This document shows, piece by piece, positions 8,758 to 18,304 of a stretch of 64,000 bases of DNA. The stretch comes from an uncultured virus (IMG/VR IMGVR_UViG_3300033150_001117) (lineage: Duplodnaviria > Heunggongvirae > Uroviricota > Caudoviricetes): the IMG/VR virus record IMGVR_UViG_3300033150_001117. One strand, 5' to 3'. The position numbers and the translations under genes are program-made. The stretch's first letter is position 1; each line of letters opens with the position of its first letter. The notes beneath the pieces were generated by a model. That model did not search any database and was not told where the DNA came from. It saw nothing but the letters and a program-made list of their open reading frames with translations.

Positions 8758-10302
8758 ATGCGTCAACACCTAATTACCGTTGGAAGTTTGTTTTCGGGGA
8801 TCGGGGGAATCGAACTTGGTTTGGAGAGGGCATCCAATGAATACGCGCGGTTCCAAACCGTCTGGCAATGCGAATGTGATGAGTACGCGCAGAAGGTACT
8901 TGCGAAGCACTGGCCTGCCGTCAGGCGGTGGGGGGACGTGCGGAGGTTTCCTCCCGACCACGATAGCTTCAACTGGCGGGTTGACCTCATTTGCGGTGGT
9001 TTCCCCTGCCAGCCGGTTAGCTGTGCTGGAAGACGCTCTGGCGAAGCGGATGAAAGGTGGCTCTGGGACGAAATGCGTCGAGTTTGCCAGATACTCCGCC
9101 CAACATGGGTGCTGGTTGAAAACGTCCCAGGGCTACTATCAGCAAGAGATGTTCAAGGAAGGCGGGGGGGCCTGTTCGGAAGAGTGGTCCGAGACCTGGC
9201 CTCGCTCGGGTATCGTGTCCAATGGGACTGCATATCGGCGGCCTCCGTTGGTGCCCCGCATATCAGGGACCGGGTGTTCATTCTGGGGCACGGTGCAGGC
9301 GCACGAGAGGGCACAGAGTCCACGGAAGGTAGACCACGGGGTACAGTTGGCGAATCAGGTAGCCGGTATCACCCAAACGCCGTCTGCCGAAACTGTGGAT
9401 ACGGATGGGACGATTGCACCTGCATCTTGCCTGGACCATTTGTCTCACCAGATCTTCCCGACGCCAGCCGCAAGGGACTGGCGCTCGGACAGCAGCCCGC
9501 AGACCGATGCGGGACTATACGGCAAAAAAGGCAAGCCCTTGCCGCGGGCAGTTGGTGGTCAACTCTCGCCGGGTTTTGCAGAATGGCTCATGGGGTTTCC
9601 GAAAGATTGGACGAAGCTGGAGGAATGAGCCATGACGGTGAGAAAAGACGATTCCGGGAAGTGCTGTGCCGCTTGCGGCAAACCCTTACTGAGGAGGCGT
9701 ATCGGCCGACGGCTGGAAGACAGGGCAGTATTCCTCCGCCGGAAATACTGCAACCGCCGTTGCACGGCCAGGGGCCAGCGGAAGGCGAAGGTGCAAGCCG
9801 AGACGCTACACTGGAGGGCGAGGCGTTTCCGGGCCGACAAATGCGAGATGTGCGGGGCAACAAAGAAGCTGTCCCTCCATTACAAGGACGGCAACCCAAA
9901 AAACAACCGCAAGTCCAATCGAATGACCTTGTGTGGCTCGTGTCACACTCGCTGGCATTGGGAACATGGAAAGACGACGCCGGCATCCGAACGGTTTTGC
10001 GAAGTGTGCGGGATGCCTGCTCGCAAATTGCAGTGGTGCCAGAAGCACTATCAGCGTTTCCGCAAGTATGGAAGTCCCTGTCTCACGAAGAGAAGGGCTG
10101 GTGCATCCTATGCGCTTGTGGAGGACCGTGGGTAAGTGAATGGCCTGGTCAGTCACGAGTTGAAACGGGGATTCCCAGTCGGATACACCGACTTAGATGC
10201 CTCGGAAACGCCGTTGTACCCCAAGTAGCGGAGTTCATAGGAAACATGATACTAGAGATAAAAAATGAGGATGTCGTACCTGTGCAGCCGCTACCTCTTT
10301 GA
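8758..10302 (+). CDS. DNA (cytosine-5) methyltransferase, alpha-like chain
   Basis: Motifs I SLFSGIGG, IV GGFPCQ, VI ENVPGL, VIII PHIRDRVF, X LGNAVVPQ; motif IX absent from this frame. Confidence 0.9.
   Translation: MRQHLITVGSLFSGIGGIELGLERASNEYARFQTVWQCECDEYAQKVLAKHWPAVRRWGDVRRFPPDHDSFNWRVDLICGGFPCQPVSCAGRRSGEADERWLWDEMRRVCQILRPTWVLVENVPGLLSARDVQGRRGGLFGRVVRDLASLGYRVQWDCISAASVGAPHIRDRVFILGHGAGAREGTESTEGRPRGTVGESGSRYHPNAVCRNCGYGWDDCTCILPGPFVSPDLPDASRKGLALGQQPADRCGTIRQKRQALAAGSWWSTLAGFCRMAHGVSERLDEAGGMSHDGEKRRFREVLCRLRQTLTEEAYRPTAGRQGSIPPPEILQPPLHGQGPAEGEGASRDATLEGEAFPGRQMRDVRGNKEAVPPLQGRQPKKQPQVQSNDLVWLVSHSLALGTWKDDAGIRTVLRSVRDACSQIAVVPEALSAFPQVWKSLSHEEKGWCILCACGGPWVSEWPGQSRVETGIPSRIHRLRCLGNAVVPQVAEFIGNMILEIKNEDVVPVQPLPL
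9050..9628 (+). CDS. alternative-frame C5-MTase beta-like subunit (start uncertain, frame open from 8780)
   Basis: SETWPRSG..TAYRRPPLVP, PTPAARDWR, QLSPGFAEWLMGFPKDWT (motif IX-like). Confidence 0.7.
   Translation: MKGGSGTKCVEFARYSAQHGCWLKTSQGYYQQEMFKEGGGACSEEWSETWPRSGIVSNGTAYRRPPLVPRISGTGCSFWGTVQAHERAQSPRKVDHGVQLANQVAGITQTPSAETVDTDGTIAPASCLDHLSHQIFPTPAARDWRSDSSPQTDAGLYGKKGKPLPRAVGGQLSPGFAEWLMGFPKDWTKLEE
9632..10135 (+). CDS. HNH endonuclease nested within MTase ORF
   Basis: CEMCG..LHYKDGNPKNN..SNRMTLCGSCH..WH; GGAGG RBS 9619-9623. Confidence 0.75.
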   Translation: MTVRKDDSGKCCAACGKPLLRRRIGRRLEDRAVFLRRKYCNRRCTARGQRKAKVQAETLHWRARRFRADKCEMCGATKKLSLHYKDGNPKNNRKSNRMTLCGSCHTRWHWEHGKTTPASERFCEVCGMPARKLQWCQKHYQRFRKYGSPCLTKRRAGASYALVEDRG

Positions 10303-10344
10303 TCGCAAGGAGCCGTGATGGCTGCCGGTTACTGAATTGCAGGC

Positions 10345-11160
10345 ATGGGGAGGGTGCCGCAAATGGAAGGGGCCTGCGAGAGTTGTGGCGGGTACGCCGC
10401 GATACACTGGGAAGGCAAATGCCACGCCTGCTGCCTGAGAAAGCCGGGCTATGCGCGGCATTTGGAGGACGAGGTCAAACGACTGCGGTTGCGAGTCAGC
10501 CAACCGGAAGCAAAGCGAGTGCTCTACAAACTGACTGACGGGAACGATCAGACATTCGGCGGCTGCCAATGGGGCGAGGGTGTCGAGAACACCGCGCCAG
10601 GCACGGGGGAGTTATGCACGGCCGGTTGGCTTCACGCCTGCACCGATCCGCTGCTGGCCGTCATGCTGAACCCGATTTATGCCGATCTCGACCTCACCAC
10701 GGCCCACCTATGGGAGGCCGAGGGCGATGTCGGGCGGGACGATCACGGGTTGCAAGTCGGTTGCACGCGGTTGAAGACCTTGCGGCGGATCGCGTTGCCG
10801 AGCGTATCGTTGGAGGCGCGGATTCGCTTTGGGATTTGCTGTGCGCTGGCTGTTTGCGAAGAGCCGCCTTGGATTGCATGGGCTAACGGTTGGCTATCGG
10901 GGCGTGATCACAGTAGCCGATCAGCGTGGGGGGCGTGGGCGTCGGCGGAGGCGGAGGCGGCACGGGGGGCGGCGTGGTTAGCGTCGGCATCGGCGGCGGA
11001 GGCGGCGGCATGGTCGACGTGGGCGGCGTGGGCGTCGGCGGGGGCGGCGGCGTGGGCGGCATCGGCGGCGGGGGCTGCACAGCTCGATCTCGCCCGGCTG
11101 GCGCGTGAGGCCATCGAGGCGGAAGGTGGGAAGGATGACGACGCGAACAGGGGCCAGTAG
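10345..11160 (+). CDS. phage hypothetical protein with Ala/Trp-rich C-terminus
   Basis: N-terminal CxxC pairs; LYKLTD..CQWGEG..LCTAGWLH domain; low-complexity AAW repeats. Confidence 0.6.
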   Translation: MGRVPQMEGACESCGGYAAIHWEGKCHACCLRKPGYARHLEDEVKRLRLRVSQPEAKRVLYKLTDGNDQTFGGCQWGEGVENTAPGTGELCTAGWLHACTDPLLAVMLNPIYADLDLTTAHLWEAEGDVGRDDHGLQVGCTRLKTLRRIALPSVSLEARIRFGICCALAVCEEPPWIAWANGWLSGRDHSSRSAWGAWASAEAEAARGAAWLASASAAEAAAWSTWAAWASAGAAAWAASAAGAAQLDLARLAREAIEAEGGKDDDANRGQ

Positions 11161-11176
11161 ACTGGGAGGATGTGTT

Positions 11177-11632
11177 GTGGGCAAGAAAATCCGACGCATC
11201 ACAACCAAAATGCTGATCGACGCAGGCGCCAACCCGAATTGCGGGTCTGTGCGGACCTTCCGCGAGGAGTGGCCCCACGGTGCCGAGCTAACAGAAGCCA
11301 ACCTTGATAGAGCCATCAAGCTTGGTTTGCCGGTCGGTTGGCTGGGCCGAGTCGTGGACGCCCTGACCTGCGGGCCGTACAGAGAGGCCGTCAGGTCAGC
11401 CGAGGCGGTGTACGAACGGACGTGCAGCCAAGCGTGCCAAGCGTGGGCGGCCTGCGAAGAGGCCGTCGGGGCAGCCGAGGCGGCTTGTGGAGTGGTGGTG
11501 GCGCAGGCCGACGCCGCCTATGACGAGGCAATCGAGGAAGCCGAGGCGGCCTATCGCGAGGCGGTCATCGTATTGCTGCGCAAAATCATCAATCAGGAGG
11601 CAGGAGGCAGGGATTGGGGGGCTGACCCCTGA
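11177..11632 (+). CDS. Ala-rich phage hypothetical protein
   Basis: GTG after GGAGGA; A.A.Y.EA repeats. Confidence 0.55.
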   Translation: MGKKIRRITTKMLIDAGANPNCGSVRTFREEWPHGAELTEANLDRAIKLGLPVGWLGRVVDALTCGPYREAVRSAEAVYERTCSQACQAWAACEEAVGAAEAACGVVVAQADAAYDEAIEEAEAAYREAVIVLLRKIINQEAGGRDWGADP

Positions 11633-11652
11633 CCCAAAGGGGACCGTGGCGC

Positions 11653-12594
11653 GTGGCTGGATCGCACTGGGTACGAGTGACGAAAGCGCATCCCTGCAAA
11701 GTCTGCGGGAAGCGACAGTGGTGCCGGGTGAGCGAGGACGGGTCGACGGCCCATTGCATGCGGCTGGAAAGCGATCATCCTTGGCCGGGTCCGGCCGGCG
11801 GCTGGCTGCACAAACTCAATGGCGACAAGATCGACCTGCCCCCACCGAGGCGGGAGAAGCCGAAGGCGGTCCGCGACTGGACGGCGGAGGCCCGCCGGAA
11901 CTACTTGCATCCCCAGGCCGGCGCCATGCGGGAGTACCTGGCCGAGACGCTTGGCCTGTCGGTCGACGTACTGGAGAGATTTCGCGTGGGCTGGACGTGG
12001 CAGCAGTGGAGCCGGGACTTCGGCTGCGAATACTCGACGTGGCCAACGCGGGACGCGAAAGGGATGGTGACCGGCGTGTCGCTACGGGCGAGGGACGGAA
12101 AGAAGCTGATGATGCGGGGCAGCACGGCCGGTCTTTTCTACTGTCGTGGCTGGCAAAAACTTTCCGATACGATATATATTCCGGAGGGCGCGACGGATGC
12201 GGCGGCCCTGACGGCGATGGGCCTGTCGGCAGTCGGGCGTGCGAGCAACCTGTCTGCCCCGTGGCTGCCGGATCTGCTAATGGCCCACCGCGACCGCGAG
12301 ATTGTTGTACTGGGGGAGCACGATCGGGTGGAGCCCGGCGTGCGCCCTGGATGCCTGCCTGGCTGCCATGGATGTTCGGCCTGCTGGCCCGGCCGACACG
12401 GCGCGGAGACGGTAGCCGAGGTGCTTGCCGGTCGGTTGCGGCGGGCCGTGACCTGGTGGGTCCTGGCCCTCAAGGACGTGCGGGTCTGGGCCGCGGAGAA
12501 CTTGGACTGGTCGACGGCGGACCGCGCGGCAATAGAGTTCAGCCTGGACGACTTCGAGCCGGCCTTGGTGGGTGTGGCGGATGTCAGGAGTTAG
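11653..12594 (+). CDS. DNA primase-like protein (Zn-binding + Toprim)
   Basis: PCKVCGK..WC..HC; IYIPEGATDAAAL; VVLGEHD. Confidence 0.75.
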   Translation: MAGSHWVRVTKAHPCKVCGKRQWCRVSEDGSTAHCMRLESDHPWPGPAGGWLHKLNGDKIDLPPPRREKPKAVRDWTAEARRNYLHPQAGAMREYLAETLGLSVDVLERFRVGWTWQQWSRDFGCEYSTWPTRDAKGMVTGVSLRARDGKKLMMRGSTAGLFYCRGWQKLSDTIYIPEGATDAAALTAMGLSAVGRASNLSAPWLPDLLMAHRDREIVVLGEHDRVEPGVRPGCLPGCHGCSACWPGRHGAETVAEVLAGRLRRAVTWWVLALKDVRVWAAENLDWSTADRAAIEFSLDDFEPALVGVADVRS

Positions 12595-12631
12595 AAGCCA
12601 GGGATCAGGAGTCAGGGGGCAGGAGTCAGGG
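12583..12631. repeat. GG(A/G)GTCA heptamer tandem array
   Basis: gtcaggagttagaagccagggatcaggagtcagggggcaggagtcaggg. Confidence 0.8.
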
Positions 12632-12667
12632 CTGCCACCTGGCCCCGGATTCCTGTACACTGGAGCT

Positions 12668-13939
12668 ATGGCGGATCAGATCTGCAAGGTGAACCCTAAG
12701 CTGCACGGCTTCCTCGTGCCGGTCGGAGAACTGCGCGAGGACGACATGAATCCGGTCACTCACGACCAACGAAACCTGGACGCGATGCGCCGGTCGCTCG
12801 AGGCTTACGGTCAGCAAAAGCCGGTCGTGCATAGGGGCGGCATGGTGCTCGCCGGCAACGGGCTGCTACGGTCGGCGATGGCGATGGGCTGGACGCACGT
12901 GGCAGCGGTCGAGTCGGACCTGGACGATGACGCCGCGATGGCGGGCTACAAGATCGCCGACAACAAGACGTCGGACCTGCACGCCTGGGATTGGGGGGCG
13001 ACCGGCAAGCTGCTGGAAGAGTTAAAGGCCGCCGACTTCGACCTCCTCGCAACGGGATTTGACGAAGACAAGATCAACGAGTTGCTGCCGCAGTCTGAGC
13101 CTGATGCTCCTTCACCGCAGATCGACCGTGCGGCCGAGCTACAAGCCGAGTGGGGGACCAAGCTGGGGCAGCTCTGGGAGATCCCCGGCAAGGCGGGTGT
13201 GCATCGGCTGCTGTGCGGGGACTCGACGAAGGCGGAGGATGTGGAACGGGTGATGGGGGGGCAACAAACAAAGCTGTTGGTAACATCACCGCCATATTGG
13301 GTTGGGAAAGAATATGAGGCCGAGAAAACATGGAATGAAGTACAAAGCTTCGTTAACCGCTGTGCGCTAGCCTGGCCGGCAGTTTGCTCTCATCGGATAG
13401 TCATCAATACAGGCGCGCCGCAGGCGGCGCACTTGACAGGCAAGCCTGCACACATCCGGCTCCTCTTGGATGAATGGCAGAGGGAATTTGGAACTGTTGG
13501 ATTGCTTTTGAGATATGCTCGCATCTGGACGAAGAGCGGAGGTTTATGTCACACGAAGCCAGAAAGCGATTGCATCGATCAACACTGGGAGTTCATCGGC
13601 ATGTTCTATCGCCCCGAAACGTACGAAGGGCAGAGACGATGTGGGGAGCCGTGGGCTACGAATGGAATCTGGAATGACATTCCCGGCACCGCACAGAGGG
13701 AACATTCCGCACCATTCCACCTAGAAGTTCCGTCGCGGAACATTCGTTTGCATAGCGATCCAAGCGATGTAATTCTTGACCCCTTCCTCGGCTCCGGGAC
13801 CACAATGGTGGCGGCTGAGCAGTTGGGGCGGGTCTGTCGTGGAATCGACATCGAGCCCAAGTACGTCGCAGTGGCCTTGCAGCGGATGAAAGATATGGGC
13901 CTCTCCCCGAAATTAGCCGAAGGGGCACCCGTAAAGTGA
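12668..13939 (+). CDS. ParB-N + N4C/N6A DNA methyltransferase
   Basis: LAGNG..IADNK (ParB); HRLLCGDS; TSPPY; LDPFLGSGTT. Confidence 0.9.
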   Translation: MADQICKVNPKLHGFLVPVGELREDDMNPVTHDQRNLDAMRRSLEAYGQQKPVVHRGGMVLAGNGLLRSAMAMGWTHVAAVESDLDDDAAMAGYKIADNKTSDLHAWDWGATGKLLEELKAADFDLLATGFDEDKINELLPQSEPDAPSPQIDRAAELQAEWGTKLGQLWEIPGKAGVHRLLCGDSTKAEDVERVMGGQQTKLLVTSPPYWVGKEYEAEKTWNEVQSFVNRCALAWPAVCSHRIVINTGAPQAAHLTGKPAHIRLLLDEWQREFGTVGLLLRYARIWTKSGGLCHTKPESDCIDQHWEFIGMFYRPETYEGQRRCGEPWATNGIWNDIPGTAQREHSAPFHLEVPSRNIRLHSDPSDVILDPFLGSGTTMVAAEQLGRVCRGIDIEPKYVAVALQRMKDMGLSPKLAEGAPVK

Positions 13940-13971
13940 GGGGTGGTTCTGAATAACCATAGGCCAGCCAA

Positions 13972-14607
13972 ATGCCTATCAAGCCGAACCAGTGGAAGCA
14001 CAAGAAGTCGACGGCGCTGATCCAGAGGGAGAAGGATATCGCCCAGGTGGCCGAGCTGCACCTGGAGGGCCTGACCTTCCGGGAGATTGGAGCCCGGCTG
14101 GGGATGGCCGTGGCTAGGGCCCACGCCCGGTATCGGGAGGCGATCGAGCGGTACAAGGAGCGGGCGGCCGAAGCCCACGACGCGAGAGTGGCGGCCTACC
14201 GGGCGAAACGGGAGTTCCTATACCGGGAGGCGATCGCGGCGTGGCGGCGATCGCAGGTCGAGCAGGAGCGGAAGCGGGCCCGGAAGCGGCAGCCGGACGG
14301 GGATGGGAAGGGCGGGTTCACCGAGGAGGAGATCGAGGTCAAGAAGCTATTGGGTGACCCGCGGTACCTTGCCGAGGCCAGCAAGCAGCTTGACGCCCTG
14401 GCGAGACTCGACGCCTTCGACGCCCCACAGAAGCACGAGCTGTCCGGCAAGGATGGACAGCCGATCAATCTGTTCCAACTACTATTGCAGGCCCCGACGG
14501 AGCCGGCCGTGGAGATCGGCGAGGACGGCGAGGAGCACGTTATCGAGGCGTCATCCACGCCGTGCCTGCCGGACGGAGGCAATGGGGACGGGTTCGAGGA
14601 CCTGTGA
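13972..14607 (+). CDS. terminase small subunit (putative)
   Basis: HTH GLTFREIGARLG; C-terminal KHELSGKDGQPI; upstream of TerL. Confidence 0.65.
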   Translation: MPIKPNQWKHKKSTALIQREKDIAQVAELHLEGLTFREIGARLGMAVARAHARYREAIERYKERAAEAHDARVAAYRAKREFLYREAIAAWRRSQVEQERKRARKRQPDGDGKGGFTEEEIEVKKLLGDPRYLAEASKQLDALARLDAFDAPQKHELSGKDGQPINLFQLLLQAPTEPAVEIGEDGEEHVIEASSTPCLPDGGNGDGFEDL

Positions 14608-14608
14608 A

Positions 14609-16207
14609 GTGGCCAGCAATAAATCAATCCAAGGCGACGTAATCGAGGAGCTTGGCCGGATGGCTGAGTGCAGCGTGGACGCCGTGCTCGGCGATCCGCC
14701 ATACGGGCTGGAGTTCATGGGCATCGAATTCGACAAGCTGGGCCAAGCGCACCAAATGCAATCCTGGCACCGGCAGTGGGCGGAGGCCGTTCTTCGCGTC
14801 TTGAAACCCGGCGGGTTCCTCTTCGCCTTCGGGGGCAGCCGGACGGAACATCGCCTTGTGTGCGGCATAGAGGACGCGGGCTTCGGGATTCGGGACAAGA
14901 TTTACTGGCATTTTGGCTCGGGATTTCCCAAATCGACGGATATTGCAAAGCAACTGGACAAGCGGGCGGGGGCGGAGAGGGAGGTGGTAAGCGAAGGTGC
15001 AGGTTACGAAGCGGCGCCGGATCGTGCTACGTATGGGCACGGGTTGAATGTTGGTTTTCTGCCGCGGCAAGTCACCGCCCCTGCCACCCCCGAGGCCAAG
15101 CGTTGGGATGGCTGGGGCACAGCGCTGAAGCCGGCGACGGAAACGGTGGTGATCGCCATGAAGCCGCTGGACGGGACGTTTGCGGAGAACGCGTTACGAT
15201 GGAAAGTGGCTGGGTTGAACATCGACGGGGGAAGGATTCCAAGTAGCGGCGAGCACATGAGAGGTTTTGTCGCGGGAATGACTGCCGGTGGAATGACGGC
15301 TGGCGACACAAGAACAGGAAAATCGTTGGGCCGATTTGAGGCAGGCCGAGCTTTTCAGGCTACGGACCACCCTTCCGGCCGTTGGCCAGCCAATCTGGTA
15401 TTGGTTCACTCGCCCGGCTGTGTCAGGAGGGGGAAGGAGAAGGTGAAGGGGCACAAGCATAGCGGCAAGCCAGGCCACGGCAAGGATGGGCAAGTCTACG
15501 GCAGAGGAATTGTCTTTGGAGGTGACACGCAATGCTACGCCGACCCCGACGGCCTGGAGGAAGTCGAGGAGTGGTCCTGTGTAGAAGGGTGCCCAGTTTT
15601 GGAACTGGCGAGGCAGAGTGGGGAAAGGCCGAGTGGTGCTATCCGAAAGGAAGTGCAAGCGGCAAAGTTCGGAACTCACGGCATTTACGGCGAAGGCAAA
15701 GGCTGTGTAGGCCGTGATTGCGGAGCATCTAACGGCACCGCTGCCCGCTTCTACTACTGTGCCAAGGCCCACGGACGAGAACGTAGTATGGGCCTCGTGG
15801 AATGCCTGCCACGCTGCCGGTCGCCCCGCAGGCGCCGTCAACAGGACATCTCGGGCCAGTGGGCCAGGCGGGCGGTCAACCGCCATCCGACGGTCAAGCC
15901 TCTCGAACTTTGCAAGTATCTGGCGACGCTGCTCTTGCCCCCGAAGCGTGAGACGCCCCGCCGAATCCTCGTGCCTTTCTCCGGCAGTGGTTCCGAAATG
16001 ATCGGCTGCCTGTTGGCAGGCTGGGACGAGGTGGTCGGGATTGAAAAGGATGCGGGCTACGTGGCTGTCGCCAGGGCACGGCTGGAATGGTGGCGGCGGG
16101 CCATAGGGAAGTATGGTACGCCCTTGGAGCCGAAGCTCGTGCTGGAAGAGAAATCTCGCTCCCGTTTCCCGCCGGCCCCGGTTCTCGGCCAGATGGAGAT
16201 GTTTTGA
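14609..16207 (+). CDS. N6A/N4C DNA methyltransferase
   Basis: DPPYGL, GSGFPKS, GWGTALKPA, HPTVKP, PFSGSGS; GTG right after TerS stop. Confidence 0.9.
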   Translation: MASNKSIQGDVIEELGRMAECSVDAVLGDPPYGLEFMGIEFDKLGQAHQMQSWHRQWAEAVLRVLKPGGFLFAFGGSRTEHRLVCGIEDAGFGIRDKIYWHFGSGFPKSTDIAKQLDKRAGAEREVVSEGAGYEAAPDRATYGHGLNVGFLPRQVTAPATPEAKRWDGWGTALKPATETVVIAMKPLDGTFAENALRWKVAGLNIDGGRIPSSGEHMRGFVAGMTAGGMTAGDTRTGKSLGRFEAGRAFQATDHPSGRWPANLVLVHSPGCVRRGKEKVKGHKHSGKPGHGKDGQVYGRGIVFGGDTQCYADPDGLEEVEEWSCVEGCPVLELARQSGERPSGAIRKEVQAAKFGTHGIYGEGKGCVGRDCGASNGTAARFYYCAKAHGRERSMGLVECLPRCRSPRRRRQQDISGQWARRAVNRHPTVKPLELCKYLATLLLPPKRETPRRILVPFSGSGSEMIGCLLAGWDEVVGIEKDAGYVAVARARLEWWRRAIGKYGTPLEPKLVLEEKSRSRFPPAPVLGQMEMF

Positions 16208-17979
16208 TGTCTGGCTTAACGGCCCACGAGGCATTGACGCGGTACCGCTGCGAACCGTTGGAGTTCATACGGCGGCTCTGGCCGGGGATTAAGGTCTGGC
16301 GCAAGCAGCGGGAGATCGCCGAGTCAGTGGCTCGCAACTACGGCACGATCGTCCACTCGGCCATCGAGACAGGCAAGGGGTGGATCGCGGCCAGGCTGAT
16401 TATCTGGTTCTACGCCACACGCTTCCCTTGCAAGGTGATAGGCACCTCGATCACCCAGCCGCAACTGAGGGACTCGCTTTGGGGCGAGATCGACGCGGCG
16501 CTAAGGGAGCCGGTGGCAGGTGGAGAGGTGATCGCCAGGGCGGACGGCGACCCGATGACGGTCCGCGAGCTGTTGGGGATCGACGTGGTGCACATGGAGC
16601 TTAGGCGGCTGGACGAGCACGGCCGCCCGCACGCCAACGACTGGGTGCGGCTCCGGGTGGCGAAGGATGTGGAGGGGATGCACGGCATCCACCTCGGACC
16701 GCTGCCGGACGGCGGGCCGACGGTCCTCGCGGTTTTGGACGAAACGAGCGGGGTGTCGGACAAGTTCTGCGAGGGCCTGGAGGGGCAGGCGCACCGGATG
16801 CTGATCCTAGGCAACCCGCTGCACCTCGCCGGCTACTTCGCGAGGAAGATCCGGGCGGGTGACGAGCCTGATCGCCTGTGCTCCGATCGACTGCGGTGGA
16901 AGGTGATCCACATCGACGGGGCCCGGACGCCGAACGTCTCTGCGGGCCGGAAGTGGGAGCGGCTGGGCCGCAAGGGGCCGTGCCCGGTGCCGATCCCGGG
17001 GATCATGTCGTACGCGTCTTTCGTCGCGTATGAGAACGAGTGGGATGCTTACAACCGCAGGACGCGGCTGCGTGGGCTGCTGCCCGAGGGTGACGAGGCC
17101 AGCGTGTGGGTGCCGGAGGCGTGGCTACGCGAGGGGTTCAAGCTGTGGCATGAGATCGACCATGAGTGGCGGGCGGCGAACCTGCCGCGCTGGCTGGGCG
17201 TGGACGCATCGCACGGCCGGCGGGACCTGGTCTGCTGGGTGGTGGTCGACGCTTGGGGGATCGTCGAGGTGCGGGTGATGGACCCAGAGGCGATGCGCGA
17301 CAGGTACGGGCAGCCGGACACGGTTCGGATGCTTGAGGTGACCCGCGAGCTGATGACGCGGCACGTCATTCCGGCCGGCCGGGTGGCTGTGGATGCGGGA
17401 GGCGGCGGGCAGGACGCCGTGGGCGACCCGATGCGGCGGGACGGGCAGGTGGTGCAGTTGGTGGACTTCGGCTCGGCTGCCTCCAGGCGGCGGAGGCGGC
17501 AGTACAAGAACCGGCGGGCCGAGATGTACGGCCTTCTGTCGGGCGTCTGCGACCCCTCCAGGTGGCGGCGAGTGGAGGAGGGTGGCCGGTGGGAGCGGTG
17601 CTGGGCGATGCCGTCCGACGAGCAGTGCTTGGCCCTGGCTGAGGAGCTGCCGATGGTTCCAAAGCGGTACGATCGCGAAGGGAAGATGTACCTGCCGCCC
17701 AAGGACAAGCGGGTGCCGGAGTCGAGGGAGCAGACGCTGGTCGAGATCCTGGGGCACTCGCCGGACAGAAGCGACGGGGCTGCCCTGGCCGTGTGGGCGA
17801 TGCTGGGCGGGCCGCCGCGGCCGACCGTAGATCGCCCGCTGGTCTTGACTGAGCCGGAGCCGGGCGACAAGGAGCCCGAGCGGTCGGACTTCATCCAGCG
17901 GATATTCGGTCCAGCGGCCGGGGGACTGGAGGCGAGGCCGTGGACGCAGGACGACTTCTGGGGCGACGAGCCGGGTTGA
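16207..17979 (+). CDS. terL: terminase large subunit
   Basis: Deviant Walker A SAIETGKG, Walker B VLDETSG, ILGNP, nuclease LGVD..VAVD..SPDRSD; TGATG coupling. Confidence 0.85.
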   Translation: MSGLTAHEALTRYRCEPLEFIRRLWPGIKVWRKQREIAESVARNYGTIVHSAIETGKGWIAARLIIWFYATRFPCKVIGTSITQPQLRDSLWGEIDAALREPVAGGEVIARADGDPMTVRELLGIDVVHMELRRLDEHGRPHANDWVRLRVAKDVEGMHGIHLGPLPDGGPTVLAVLDETSGVSDKFCEGLEGQAHRMLILGNPLHLAGYFARKIRAGDEPDRLCSDRLRWKVIHIDGARTPNVSAGRKWERLGRKGPCPVPIPGIMSYASFVAYENEWDAYNRRTRLRGLLPEGDEASVWVPEAWLREGFKLWHEIDHEWRAANLPRWLGVDASHGRRDLVCWVVVDAWGIVEVRVMDPEAMRDRYGQPDTVRMLEVTRELMTRHVIPAGRVAVDAGGGGQDAVGDPMRRDGQVVQLVDFGSAASRRRRRQYKNRRAEMYGLLSGVCDPSRWRRVEEGGRWERCWAMPSDEQCLALAEELPMVPKRYDREGKMYLPPKDKRVPESREQTLVEILGHSPDRSDGAALAVWAMLGGPPRPTVDRPLVLTEPEPGDKEPERSDFIQRIFGPAAGGLEARPWTQDDFWGDEPG

Positions 17980-18010
17980 TTTCGGGGGGGCCCTGCACTA
18001 CACTGACGAT

Positions 18011-18304
18011 ATGAGCCGAGTTGGGAAAACGATGCTGCGGTGGCTGGCTCGGCGTCGCGCCTCGTCCGGGGAGAAGCGCCTGGCCCGGGAGGTGGGCCGG
18101 CTGGAGGCTGCCCTGGTCGAGGTGCGGGCCGAGGCGGAGTCGAGGGTCGAGGCCGCCGAGGCACGGGCCCACCTGGCGGAGGCCACGGCGGACGCATCGC
18201 GGCTGGAGACGGAGGTGCTGGCAGAGGCGGTCGAACGGATGCGTGCCCACTACCGGGCAGATATATCCGGGGCGGCGAGGAGGATAGCAGAGGGACCACC
18301 GTGA
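18011..18304 (+). CDS. coiled-coil hypothetical protein
   Basis: Ala/Glu/Arg-rich heptads; GTGA overlap with next ORF. Confidence 0.5.
   Translation: MSRVGKTMLRWLARRRASSGEKRLAREVGRLEAALVEVRAEAESRVEAAEARAHLAEATADASRLETEVLAEAVERMRAHYRADISGAARRIAEGPP

Noticed and set aside
9632..10135. Intein or group I intron carrying the HNH
   Set aside because: No intein C/S..HN splice motifs in the MTase frame and no non-coding space for a ribozyme core
8678..10567. DGR template/variable repeat pair
   Set aside because: Only 50 bp; the three mismatches are not all at adenines of one copy; not at a gene 3' end; no reverse transcriptase in the window
14087..14608. N-terminal extension of the 706-aa MTase ORF
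   Set aside because: Overlaps TerS and is low-complexity; MTase motifs begin after GTG 14609
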